Below are positions 51,406 to 60,790 of a stretch of 64,000 bases of DNA, piece by piece (the stretch's first letter is position 1; the number at the start of each line of letters is the position of its first letter). Below the pieces are notes generated by a model. The model did not search any database and was not told where the DNA came from. It saw only the letters and a program-made list of their open reading frames with translations. Position numbers and translations under genes: made by a program. The stretch spans positions 1,272-65,271 of the forward strand of contig JAKUPQ010000001.1 in NCBI GenBank assembly GCA_022450665.1, written 5' to 3'. This DNA is from Alphaproteobacteria bacterium. GTDB lineage: Bacteria; Pseudomonadota; Alphaproteobacteria; Rickettsiales; VGDC01.

Positions 51406-52131
51406 CTAAACATTCAATAATGGCTTTTGCGGCTTAGCATCGGGCGGGCGGATATAAAAAGCCTCTGCCGGACGGGTTGCCGCAACTTCTGGCATATTAT
51501 TATCAGCAAGCAAAGCCTCTGCATATAGTGCAACAAACTTAGCTTTGGGTGCGTCATGTTGTTGGTAGCCTGAAATCTCTAATTCGGCTTCAGCAATGTT
51601 ACCTAACGCAACCGTATCCGAATCCGAATATTGTGCATAAAATGCAGGAGCTTCTAGCATATCTATTGCCTGTGCCGCGCACAATGCTTGCATAGCGTTA
51701 GCAGTGCGTGTAAAAGCCTGCACATAGGCCTGTTTGCGAAATGCATTTATATATACTACTGCCTTTGCAGATTCGCTGCTGTTATGCAGCGCTTGCCACG
51801 CAAATGCCTCTAAAGAAGATATGCCCAGCAAGGGTTTGTCGCACGCCAAAGCAAAGCCACGTGCCGCAGCTAAAGCAATACGTATGCCCGTAAATCCCCC
51901 GGGGCCAGTAGACACCGCCATAGCGTCTAGTGCTGCATACCCGCCATTAGCTTCTATCAATGTATTTGTTGCATTAACAAGCAGTCGCGATTGGTGCATA
52001 GATTGCATATCTTGGTGAGTAGCAATGACTTCGCCGCTTTGTGTAATGGCGATGGAAGCAGGGCCAGTGGATGTGTCTAAAGCTAGGATTCTCACAGGTT
52101 TTCCAGTGGTTTTATTTGACGGAATGTACAA
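51406..52131 (-). CDS. tsaB: tRNA threonylcarbamoyladenosine biosynthesis protein TsaB
   Basis: ILALDTSTGPASIAI and GPGGFTGIRI motifs. The start is uncertain (TTG 52131 or GTG 52095). Confidence 0.8.
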   Translation of the reverse strand: MYIPSNKTTGKPVRILALDTSTGPASIAITQSGEVIATHQDMQSMHQSRLLVNATNTLIEANGGYAALDAMAVSTGPGGFTGIRIALAAARGFALACDKPLLGISSLEAFAWQALHNSSESAKAVVYINAFRKQAYVQAFTRTANAMQALCAAQAIDMLEAPAFYAQYSDSDTVALGNIAEAELEISGYQQHDAPKAKFVALYAEALLADNNMPEVAATRPAEAFYIRPPDAKPQKPLLNV

Positions 52132-52186
52132 TACACATTAGATTGCGCAGGATACAATTATTTTTAACAAAAAAAGGCTGCAAGTT

Positions 52187-52516
52187 ATGAATGCTCTTGC
52201 TCAACGCACATGTGAAAAAAGCACGAAAGAAACCTTGCCACTTACCGCCGCAGAAGCAAATGCAGAGCTAAAGCAATTACCTGAATGGCAGCTTGCTGCA
52301 AATGCAAAAAGCATATCTCGGCATTATAAGTTCAAAAATTTCAAGCAAGCTATAGCGTTTGTTAATGTAGTTGGTGAAATGGCAGAGAAAGAATTTCACC
52401 ATCCCGATATAAAACTTGGTTGGGGCTATGCTGATATTACCTACATGACCCACAGCATAGACGGGCTGCATATCAATGATTTTATTATGGCCGCACGTAC
52501 AGATGCACTTGTATAA
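52187..52516 (+). CDS. phhB: Pterin-4-alpha-carbinolamine dehydratase
   Basis: About 109 aa with the EFHHPDI motif. Confidence 0.8.
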   Translation: MNALAQRTCEKSTKETLPLTAAEANAELKQLPEWQLAANAKSISRHYKFKNFKQAIAFVNVVGEMAEKEFHHPDIKLGWGYADITYMTHSIDGLHINDFIMAARTDALV

Positions 52517-52552
52517 CGCAACATTCCGTTTTACACTGTGATTGAGAAAAGG

Positions 52553-53935
52553 ATGAACGCCCCATTGTCTGCATCAAAAAAGAAATTATATATTAAGACC
52601 TATGGTTGCCAGATGAACGTCTATGATTCGACGCGTATGGCCGACGTTCTTGCCCCCATTGGCTATGAACCTACTTCTGAACCTAATGGCGCAGATATGG
52701 TGATTCTTAACACCTGCCATATACGCGAAAAAGCAGAAGAAAAAGTCTATTCCGATCTTGGACGTATTCGCCCGCACAAAGAAAAAAAAGCAAGCGAGGG
52801 TAGCAAAATGCTGATTGCTGTTGGTGGCTGTGTGGGGCAGGCTGAAGGCGCAGAAATTATTAAGCGCGCCCCATATGTAGATATTGTTTTAGGTTCCCAA
52901 AGCTATCACCGCTTACCCGATATGGTTGCTAGCGCGTTGCGCGATGGTGGCGGCGTTGTCGATTTAGAATTCCCTGAAGAACCAAAGTTTGACACCCTGC
53001 CTGAAGCAACTGCACCGACAGGGAAAAGCGCCTTTTTGGCTGTGCAGGAAGGTTGCGACAAGTTTTGCACCTTTTGCGTTGTACCATATACCCGTGGCGC
53101 CGAGTATTCGCGTAGCGTGGATGAAATTATCAGCGAAGCTAAAATTCTTGTGCGCGGTGGGGCGGTGGAGCTTACTTTGCTTGGCCAGAATGTTAATGCC
53201 TATCACGGCTTGGGGGCGGATGCAAAAGATTGGTCACTAGCACAGCTTATCAAGGCATTGGCGAAAATTGATGGATTGGAGCGCATACGCTATACCACCT
53301 CACACCCCCGTGATATGCGGGACGATTTGATAGCTGTGCATGGTGATGAGCCAAAGCTGATGCCATATTTGCACTTGCCAATTCAAAGCGGCTCTAACCA
53401 CATGCTCAAGCAAATGAATCGCAAGCATACTGCCGAAGATTATTTGGAAATTATCGATAAGCTGCGCGCAGCACGCCCAGATATTGCGCTATCTTCGGAT
53501 TTTATTGTTGGATTTCCCGGTGAAAGCGATGAAGATTTTAAAGCCACAATGGCGTTGGTAGAATCGGTGGGCTACGCACAGGCATATTCCTTCAAATACA
53601 GTCAGCGCCCCGGTACGCCCGCAGCAGACCATGCGGCACAAATTGACGAAGACGTAAAATCCAAGCGGTTGCAATTATTACAAGGTCTGCTCAACCGTCA
53701 ACAGGCTGCATTTAATCGCGCAACAGTGGGTAAAACATTCCCCGTATTATTTGAGCGCGAAGGCAAATATGCTGGCCATCTCATTGGTAAAAGCCCGTAT
53801 TTACAATCGGTACATGTGCGCAATGCCAAAAACCTCATGGGGCAATTAGTGGAAGTGAATATTACGGAAGCACTCGATAACAGCTTGGCGGGTGAAGTCG
53901 TGTTGGATAATACAAATATATTGAAACGTGCGTAG
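52553..53935 (+). CDS. miaB: tRNA-2-methylthio-N6-dimethylallyladenosine synthase
   Basis: [25 protein letters not shown] radical-SAM motif and a TRAM end. ATG 52553 follows GAGAAAAGG. Confidence 0.9.
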   Translation: MNAPLSASKKKLYIKTYGCQMNVYDSTRMADVLAPIGYEPTSEPNGADMVILNTCHIREKAEEKVYSDLGRIRPHKEKKASEGSKMLIAVGGCVGQAEGAEIIKRAPYVDIVLGSQSYHRLPDMVASALRDGGGVVDLEFPEEPKFDTLPEATAPTGKSAFLAVQEGCDKFCTFCVVPYTRGAEYSRSVDEIISEAKILVRGGAVELTLLGQNVNAYHGLGADAKDWSLAQLIKALAKIDGLERIRYTTSHPRDMRDDLIAVHGDEPKLMPYLHLPIQSGSNHMLKQMNRKHTAEDYLEIIDKLRAARPDIALSSDFIVGFPGESDEDFKATMALVESVGYAQAYSFKYSQRPGTPAADHAAQIDEDVKSKRLQLLQGLLNRQQAAFNRATVGKTFPVLFEREGKYAGHLIGKSPYLQSVHVRNAKNLMGQLVEVNITEALDNSLAGEVVLDNTNILKRA

Positions 53936-53953
53936 CTTACTTTAGTCACTTTA

Positions 53954-55024
53954 ATGAAGGAGTCATTCGTGGCGACAGAAACCAAAGAAAAGAAAAAAAA
54001 CGCAGCGAAACAAAAACCTCCGGGAGAAGATACCATCAGTCTGAGTTTTGATAATAATAGTTTGTTATCAGGGCTTTACGGAGAGCAAGATGAGAATCTC
54101 ACAAAATTAGAACGTAAATTTGGCATTACCGCCGTATCTCGCGGAAATGTACTGGTGTTGGCCGGAGATAAGCCTTCACTCGAAAGCGCCCGTGCAGTAA
54201 TAGAAAATCTTTATTCCCGCCTAAAAAAAGGGGATGAGATTACTTCATCCCATGTTGATGCGGCATTGCGCATGATTGGTGATGTTACAGCGGATTCTAC
54301 CGATGAAATCCGCAAGCAAAAGATGGAAAATGTTTCGGGTAATGTTTTCATCAAAACCCAGAAAAAAACCATTACCCCATATTCTCACGCGCAGGCCGAA
54401 TATTTTAAGAATCTGTATGATAATGACCTGGTGTTTGCATTAGGCCCCGCAGGTACGGGTAAAACCTATATTGCGGTGGCAATGGCTGTATATGCATTTA
54501 TAAATAAGCATGTAGACCGCATTATTTTATCGCGCCCAGCTGTAGAAGCCGGTGAGAAGCTAGGCTTTTTGCCCGGCGATCTAAAAGATAAAATCGATCC
54601 GTATTTGCGCCCGCTTTATGATGCGCTGTATGATATGCTGCCCGCCGAGAAAGTAGTGCAATACATTGAAACCGGCGAAATTGAAGTGGCACCCTTAGCA
54701 TTTATGCGTGGCCGCACATTGGGGAATGCCTATGTGATTTTGGACGAAGCGCAAAATACCACCCCAACACAAATGAAAATGTTTTTGACACGTATGGGCG
54801 AAAACTCGCGTATGGTAGTAACCGGAGACTTATCTCAGTGCGATTTACCACGCGATGTAGCCTCTGGTTTGCGCGACGCAGTGAAAAAACTCGAAGGACT
54901 CGAAGGCATAGGTTGTACCCGCTTTAGCGAAAACGATGTGGTACGCCACGCTTTGGCAGCGCGCATTGTGAAAGCTTATGAAGAGTGGGATCGCCGCAAA
55001 GAAAAGAAAAACGATGAAGTATAG
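53954..55024 (+). CDS. ybeZ: PhoH-family ATPase (YbeZ)
   Basis: GPAGTGKTYIAVA Walker A and ILDEAQN. The alternative GTG at 53969 has a better RBS (GAAGGAG, 6 nt). Confidence 0.85.
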   Translation: MKESFVATETKEKKKNAAKQKPPGEDTISLSFDNNSLLSGLYGEQDENLTKLERKFGITAVSRGNVLVLAGDKPSLESARAVIENLYSRLKKGDEITSSHVDAALRMIGDVTADSTDEIRKQKMENVSGNVFIKTQKKTITPYSHAQAEYFKNLYDNDLVFALGPAGTGKTYIAVAMAVYAFINKHVDRIILSRPAVEAGEKLGFLPGDLKDKIDPYLRPLYDALYDMLPAEKVVQYIETGEIEVAPLAFMRGRTLGNAYVILDEAQNTTPTQMKMFLTRMGENSRMVVTGDLSQCDLPRDVASGLRDAVKKLEGLEGIGCTRFSENDVVRHALAARIVKAYEEWDRRKEKKNDEV

Positions 55025-55032
55025 CATGAGCC

Positions 55033-55563
55033 GTGTATCTTAGTTTGTTGATAGAAGACGATAAATGGCATGTGGGTGTCGATGCAGATTTGCAGGCACT
55101 TATCGCACGTATATGCGATCTGACAATAAGCCGCGCACCGGTTCTGGCGGATCTGCTGGCCGGTGAGCGCGAACAGCTAGGGCAAAGCGTGGTGCTAACC
55201 AATGATGCAGCTGTACGCGAAATGAATAAACAATTTCGCACGAAAGATAGCCCCACAAATGTGCTTTCTTTTCCTGCCTATGATTCAATTGCTGCTTTAA
55301 GCGCTGCGCTGGCTACGCCGCAAGACGAAATGCTGTTGGAGGATGCCGGTTATATAGGCGACATGATACTCGCCCGCGAAACGATATTACGCGAAGCACG
55401 CGAACAGAATAAATCGCCTAAAGACCATTTGAGTCATTTAATTGTGCATGGAACATTGCATTTATTGGGTTATGATCATATGGATGACGATGAAGCTGAG
55501 GTAATGGAAGCACTGGAAATTGAAATTCTACGTGAGCTTTCGATTGCCAACCCCTATGAATAG
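55033..55563 (+). CDS. ybeY: rRNA maturation endoribonuclease YbeY
   Basis: HGTLHLLGYDH zinc motif. GTG start, uncertain. Confidence 0.85.
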   Translation: MYLSLLIEDDKWHVGVDADLQALIARICDLTISRAPVLADLLAGEREQLGQSVVLTNDAAVREMNKQFRTKDSPTNVLSFPAYDSIAALSAALATPQDEMLLEDAGYIGDMILARETILREAREQNKSPKDHLSHLIVHGTLHLLGYDHMDDDEAEVMEALEIEILRELSIANPYE

Positions 55564-55603
55564 CATATATAATCAACAAACTAGCAACTAAGACAGTAGA
55601 GCC

Positions 55604-56632
55604 ATGGAGCCCCAGAGTAAAAAAGACGTATCCTCCTCAGCAGAAGCTGAAGACCCTGGGTCGCGTCGCCCTCTATCCCCCCCCCAAAAATCTATATCCG
55701 AAGATACCAGCGCATCATCGATCAATTTTTTTCAATTGATTGGCGGATTGTTTCGTAGCGGTAATGGTAGCACCGGTAGCAATGGCAACGGAAACGGCAA
55801 GCAAGAAACCTCGCTTAAAGATGCTGTTGAGGCACTTATAGACGAGCATGCTGCCGAAGGCGGTGAGCTGTATATTCTGCCTGAAGAACAGGATATGTTA
55901 CGCAATATACTACGCTTTGGAGAAATGAGTGTTAGCGACATTATGATTCCCCGAACCGATATTGTCGCAGTAGAGCACGATGTAGCATTGGATGATCTGA
56001 AAAGCATTTTCGTTAGCGAACAGCATTCCCGCATTCCTGTATATAAAGAAAATCTCGATCACATCAGCGGATTTTTACATATTAAAGATATTGCAGTAAA
56101 TATTTTTGCAAGCAAACCATTCAACATGGCGGATATGATGCGGCAAATACTTTTTGTGCCGCCTTCCATGAAGGTAATGGATTTACTGGTGAAAATGCGG
56201 CTATCAAGTGTGCATATCGCAATTGTTGTCGATGAATACGGTGGCACCGATGGCTTGGTGACCATGGAAGATATTGTAGAAGAAATTGTTGGCGAAATTC
56301 AGGACGAACACGACGACGAAGAAGAAAATCCCGTATATGTATGGTTGGATGAGCGTACTATAGAAGCCGATGCACGCATGGAGATAGAAGAGCTGGATAA
56401 ATGCTTCGGTGAGCAAATGGTGTTGAACGAAGATGAAGAAGACTTTGACACCATTGGCGGATTAGTATTTTCGCATTTAGGACATGTTCCTGAAGTTGGA
56501 GAGAAATTCGACTATCCCACCGGACTCAGAATCACAATTCTGGATGCAGACCCTCGTACTGTTAAACGTGTGCGCATGGAACGCATAAACGAATCAGCCA
56601 TGCAAGAGTTTGCAGCAGCGAACGCTAAGTAG
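55604..56632 (+). CDS. corC: CBS-domain Mg/Co efflux / hemolysin C-like protein (CorC/TlyC)
   Basis: Tandem CBS region followed by a CorC_HlyC-type C-terminus. Conserved miaB-phoH-ybeY-corC-lnt order. Confidence 0.8.
   Translation: MEPQSKKDVSSSAEAEDPGSRRPLSPPQKSISEDTSASSINFFQLIGGLFRSGNGSTGSNGNGNGKQETSLKDAVEALIDEHAAEGGELYILPEEQDMLRNILRFGEMSVSDIMIPRTDIVAVEHDVALDDLKSIFVSEQHSRIPVYKENLDHISGFLHIKDIAVNIFASKPFNMADMMRQILFVPPSMKVMDLLVKMRLSSVHIAIVVDEYGGTDGLVTMEDIVEEIVGEIQDEHDDEEENPVYVWLDERTIEADARMEIEELDKCFGEQMVLNEDEEDFDTIGGLVFSHLGHVPEVGEKFDYPTGLRITILDADPRTVKRVRMERINESAMQEFAAANAK
55677..55685 (+). repeat. C9 homopolymer inside the corC N-terminal extension
   Basis: ctatCCCCCCCCCaaaaa read directly. It encodes SPPQ in the current frame. 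Confidence 0.9.
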
Positions 56633-56646
56633 AAAGCGGAGAATAT

Positions 56647-58227
56647 ATGTTTCTGGTTTCTGGCGTAGCGAACCGTTTGCGTGCATTGCAGGGTTGGAAA
56701 CGTAACGGCACAGCCTTTGCTTTGGGTGTTTGCCTCACGCTTGCATTTCCTCCGTTTTGGATTCTAATTCTAGCAATATTTGCCTTCAGCGGCCTGTTAT
56801 GGCTGCTTGAAGGTGCGACTTCTACTCGTAGTGCATTCAAAACAGGGTGGTGGTTTGGCTTTGGCCATCATATCACCGGACTGTATTGGATTTGTATCGC
56901 CCTTGGTGTTGATGGCGGTGCCTTTTTATGGTTTTTGCCATTCGCGCTATGCGTTCTGCCGGCTTACCTCTCATTATTTATAGGCTTGGCAACAGCACTC
57001 AGCCACCGTTTCCGCCGCAAACCTATCGAGCAGGTTTTTGTATTTGCATTATTCTGGCTTGTTGCCGAATACGTCCGCGCCCATTTGTTTTATGGTTTTC
57101 CGTGGAATCTCACGGGCTATATATGGACAATGAGCGACCAAACACTTCAGCCAGCATCATTAATAGGTATCTATGGGCTTAGCTTATGGGCGGTTATTTT
57201 TGGCGCGGCATTCAGTTTATTGGCTCAGCCAAATTCTCGTGGACAGAAACAAGCTACGCGTGGGTTTATCTATATTATGCTGGTCACCTTTATCATGGTT
57301 GGCTGGGGGCAATTGCGCCTGAGCAATAGTGAGCATCATGAGACACCTGCAAGCGGTGTGCGTGTGCGATTGGTGCAGGCAAGTGTAGCACAAACACTGA
57401 AATGGGATCCTGAATTCCAAATGCTTGCTTTGCAGCGACATATTAACCTTAGTAAACGCATTCCGCATGATGGCGTCTTGCCCGACTATATTATCTGGCC
57501 AGAAACTGCCATGCCATTTCGCATTGAAGAAGGCACACAATGGACACAGACTCTGGCAGAGATTGCACCAAAAACCGGTGCATTAATTACCGGAGCGGTA
57601 CGGACAGAGGGCAATAGTGATGATTGGCAGGTGTGGAATAGCTTGAGAGCTATCGATGCTAGTGGGCATGTGGCACTAACATATGACAAAACTGTTTTGG
57701 TGCCTTTTGGTGAATTCATACCACTGCGCTCTGTGTTATCGTTTTTGCCTGTGGCGAAAATCACGCAAGGTGCAAAAGATTTCTCGGTGGGAGGAGGGGC
57801 GCAGTTACTGTCTTTACCCGGCGATGCCCCTGCCATGCAGCCGCTTATTTGTTATGAGACAATATTCTCTGGTTATCGCCCCGATGACGACAGCACAGCC
57901 ACCGGATGGTTGTTGAACATCACCAATGATGCATGGTTTGGCACAAGTACTGGCCCTTATCAGCATCTTCAAATGTCCCGCACTCGCGCCGTAGAAAGGG
58001 GAGCACCTATGGTTCGGGTAGCAAACACGGGTGTAAGTGCTGTTTTTGACGCTTATGGCAGAACTATCGGCAAAATCGCGCTTAACGAACAAGGGGTGCT
58101 GGATGCAGACTTGCCCGGTCATCTAGCTGTGCCAACATGGTACAGTCGCTATGGAGAATTTACATTAATAATTATTTGTTATATCTTGTTTATATTCGCA
58201 TTTAATAGGCGCAGTAAAATTACTTGA
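56647..58227 (+). CDS. lnt: Apolipoprotein N-acyltransferase
   Basis: N-terminal polytopic domain plus a nitrilase-like domain with ICYETIF (catalytic Cys). Confidence 0.85.
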   Translation: MFLVSGVANRLRALQGWKRNGTAFALGVCLTLAFPPFWILILAIFAFSGLLWLLEGATSTRSAFKTGWWFGFGHHITGLYWICIALGVDGGAFLWFLPFALCVLPAYLSLFIGLATALSHRFRRKPIEQVFVFALFWLVAEYVRAHLFYGFPWNLTGYIWTMSDQTLQPASLIGIYGLSLWAVIFGAAFSLLAQPNSRGQKQATRGFIYIMLVTFIMVGWGQLRLSNSEHHETPASGVRVRLVQASVAQTLKWDPEFQMLALQRHINLSKRIPHDGVLPDYIIWPETAMPFRIEEGTQWTQTLAEIAPKTGALITGAVRTEGNSDDWQVWNSLRAIDASGHVALTYDKTVLVPFGEFIPLRSVLSFLPVAKITQGAKDFSVGGGAQLLSLPGDAPAMQPLICYETIFSGYRPDDDSTATGWLLNITNDAWFGTSTGPYQHLQMSRTRAVERGAPMVRVANTGVSAVFDAYGRTIGKIALNEQGVLDADLPGHLAVPTWYSRYGEFTLIIICYILFIFAFNRRSKIT

Positions 58228-58297
58228 AAAACAACCCCTAGGTTGTATATTGCAAGAAATATTTTGTTCACTTACGTTATTTATAAAAGGTGTTGTC

Positions 58298-58705
58298 ATG
58301 GCTGCCACTAATCCGGTTGATGTGCATGTAGGAAAAAGATTGCGCTTTGGTCGCACCATGCAAGGCTTGAGTCAGGAAAGCATAGGTGAATCAATTGGTG
58401 TAACTTTCCAGCAAATTCAGAAATATGAGCGTGGCATCAACTGCATACGCTCAAGTAAACTATTTGAATTAGCAAACGTGCTAAAAGTTCCTATAACCTT
58501 CTTTTTTGAAGGAATCGAACATAGCGGAGAAAAATATAGTATTCCGGGTGCAGCAGATTCGGCTACGGGATTTGATATGGAGCTAACATCCTCTCGCGAG
58601 AGCGTAGAGCTGATGCGCGCTTTTCATAAAATATCCGATCCGCAATTGCGCAGTAAAATTCTGGATCTTGTCAGAGCTATGTCTGACAATAAAGTAATGT
58701 ATTGA
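58298..58705 (+). CDS. XRE-family HTH transcriptional regulator (PraR-like, conserved in alphaproteobacteria)
   Basis: NPVDVHVGKRLRFGRTMQGLSQESIGESIGVTFQQIQKYERG HTH region. ATG 58298 follows AAAGGTG. Confidence 0.7.
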   Translation: MAATNPVDVHVGKRLRFGRTMQGLSQESIGESIGVTFQQIQKYERGINCIRSSKLFELANVLKVPITFFFEGIEHSGEKYSIPGAADSATGFDMELTSSRESVELMRAFHKISDPQLRSKILDLVRAMSDNKVMY

Positions 58706-58714
58706 AATTCACGT

Positions 58715-59416
58715 TTATTCTTGTTTGTCTGTAGGGGTTGTATACACCATAGGCTTCGGTTTAAACATACCATGCTCTATACGGAATCCCGGCTGAACGC
58801 CCCATTGCTGCGCCAAGCCACCTTGAATGTAAAGTAGCGCTTTAAGCGGAAATTCCACTTTTATATCCTCTGCTAAATAAGCCAGCACAACTTCCGGAAC
58901 GATTTGCGCTACAACGCCGTCCTCGCGAATAAATAATATATCGAGTGGTTTGCTAATATTCTCTGCAATCACAGGGCGCTTATATGCATCACTAAAATAA
59001 GTGAGTAGGCCGTGTTTATTATCCAACAAATATGTATGGAATAAGCCACGGCTTACCGGTATTTGCTCGCCACGCACTTGCACTTGTAGCTTAATTTCCG
59101 GCATAACGGGCTGTTCAGTGAGCATGGCTTTTACATCACTTAGCGCGCTTTCGGCTACAGCAGTTTCTGCTGGCTCATCCTTAACCTCGCTATCTTGCGA
59201 TGTATCTGGAGCATCTTGCTTGATAGAGCCCTCCGTGTCTAGATTTCCTTGCAGTTCGGGGGCAAGCGTTACCGCTTTAGGTACGGTAGAGCCGGGTACA
59301 ATTCCAATGATAGTTTGGGAATAAACAATGGAATCATTGGGGATAATTTGCGCATAAGCGGGGATATTAGCCGCAGATAATGCAAGCGCCATGCTTAAAA
59401 TAATATGATATTTCAT
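58715..59416 (-). CDS. Secreted DUF192-like protein with acidic linker
   Basis: Signal peptide MKYHIILSMALALSAANIPAYA. The C-terminal half (LDILFIREDGVVAQI...ALLYIQGG) resembles the neighbouring DUF192 protein. Confidence 0.5.
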   Translation of the reverse strand: MKYHIILSMALALSAANIPAYAQIIPNDSIVYSQTIIGIVPGSTVPKAVTLAPELQGNLDTEGSIKQDAPDTSQDSEVKDEPAETAVAESALSDVKAMLTEQPVMPEIKLQVQVRGEQIPVSRGLFHTYLLDNKHGLLTYFSDAYKRPVIAENISKPLDILFIREDGVVAQIVPEVVLAYLAEDIKVEFPLKALLYIQGGLAQQWGVQPGFRIEHGMFKPKPMVYTTPTDKQE

Positions 59417-59937
59417 TGCTGATTACCTTCTTCAATAGATAGAGCAGGGGTTTTGTCTATTACTATACGATCGCCTACTTGTATATCCTGCGCTTTTGCC
59501 TGCCCAGCATTGATTTCTATTACCCCCGATACGATACCCGGCGAGGGAATAATCGTTAAATCATGAGGTTTTGCGTTATGATGAATATGAGTGATGTAAT
59601 AATTTTCGTCCAAAAACAACATATCTAGCGGAATATAGGTGTTTTTCATCCACATATGAATTTCCTGCGGTGGCGAATAATCAAATAACATGCCATGATT
59701 TAAGGGCATAGTTTTACGGTGCATTAAGCCTTTGATTTTTTCATCCAATGTGGATGCGATCTCAATAGCTAAGCTGCTAACCAGCTGATTATCCCTTTTA
59801 ATATTGAGTGTGGTCAAAGTTTCGGTGTGTTCAGGATATACGCTTGGTTCTGTGCTAAAGGCACTTATAGGCATAAATGTAAGCAGTGCTAACAAAATTG
59901 CAAAAAGCCTTTTAACATTAAAATTTGCACGAAGCAT
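59413..59937 (-). CDS. Secreted DUF192-domain protein
   Basis: Signal peptide, then GLMHRKTMPLNHGMLFDY...MWMKNTYIPLDMLFLD...VIEINAG, the DUF192/COG1430 pattern as I recall it. 4-nt overlap with the downstream paralogue. Confidence 0.65.
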   Translation of the reverse strand: MLRANFNVKRLFAILLALLTFMPISAFSTEPSVYPEHTETLTTLNIKRDNQLVSSLAIEIASTLDEKIKGLMHRKTMPLNHGMLFDYSPPQEIHMWMKNTYIPLDMLFLDENYYITHIHHNAKPHDLTIIPSPGIVSGVIEINAGQAKAQDIQVGDRIVIDKTPALSIEEGNQQ

Positions 59938-60011
59938 AAAAAATCATCCCCAATTTTAGCTAAATTTAGTGTATACTATAGAATAAGTTGAATACTTCAA
60001 GGAGAGGTTAT

Positions 60012-60740
60012 ATGTCACGTTTTTACGGTGGTATGGGAGGATCGGGAGCCGGTTCTCGTTTTGGTGGGAATTCCGATAGTAGAAAATCTGGCTCTAGTGC
60101 AAGTACGAGCTTAGAAAAAGCAATGGCAGCTAAAAAAAACCAAGGTGCCAAAAAAATGTCAGAAATGACACCGGATGAACGGTATCAAAAACTCATGTCG
60201 GATAAAATGGCGGCGCATAAAGACCGCATGATGACGCAAAAGAAATTCAGTCATAACTTGCCCGGCACAACTCCTACAGATCATGAGCCTTCCAAAGGTG
60301 CGCAATTGGCTATGGAGCTAATTGCGGCAAAAATGGCACAACGCGAAAACAAAATGATTGAGGGTAAAAAAGTTCCTGAAATCAAGCCAACTCAAATTGG
60401 TGGTGTATATGGCGGCCATATTGATAAAAAAGGTAATGTTTGGAATACGCAAAATAAAAAAGTTCTCACCATTTGCAAAAAATCCGGCGCTATAAAAACT
60501 ACGGGATTGTTGGGCAGAAAAATCGGTAAATACGACCCCAAATCTCACGCATGTATGTATAAAATCCAAAAGCAATTAGAAGCATATGCCATTAAAAATG
60601 GTGCGGGTGCTACAAATATTTGGGGACAAAAAGCCGGTGCAAAACCTGCTGCTAATCCAGGAAGCATTTATGGCACAAGTGCCTGGACCACTGACGATAG
60701 CTCAGGCGGCAATAATGGTGACTTCAAGGGCTGGTGGTAA
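60012..60740 (+). CDS. Gly/Lys-rich protein of unknown function ending in GWW
   Basis: ATG 60012 follows AAGGAGAGG. No signal peptide. N-terminus MSRFYGGMGGSGAGSRFGG, C-terminus SSGGNNGDFKGWW. Confidence 0.55.
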   Translation: MSRFYGGMGGSGAGSRFGGNSDSRKSGSSASTSLEKAMAAKKNQGAKKMSEMTPDERYQKLMSDKMAAHKDRMMTQKKFSHNLPGTTPTDHEPSKGAQLAMELIAAKMAQRENKMIEGKKVPEIKPTQIGGVYGGHIDKKGNVWNTQNKKVLTICKKSGAIKTTGLLGRKIGKYDPKSHACMYKIQKQLEAYAIKNGAGATNIWGQKAGAKPAANPGSIYGTSAWTTDDSSGGNNGDFKGWW

Positions 60741-60790
60741 CATTTTAAAGCAATAAAAAAATGCGGGCTTTTTGCTGCGTAGACACGCCA

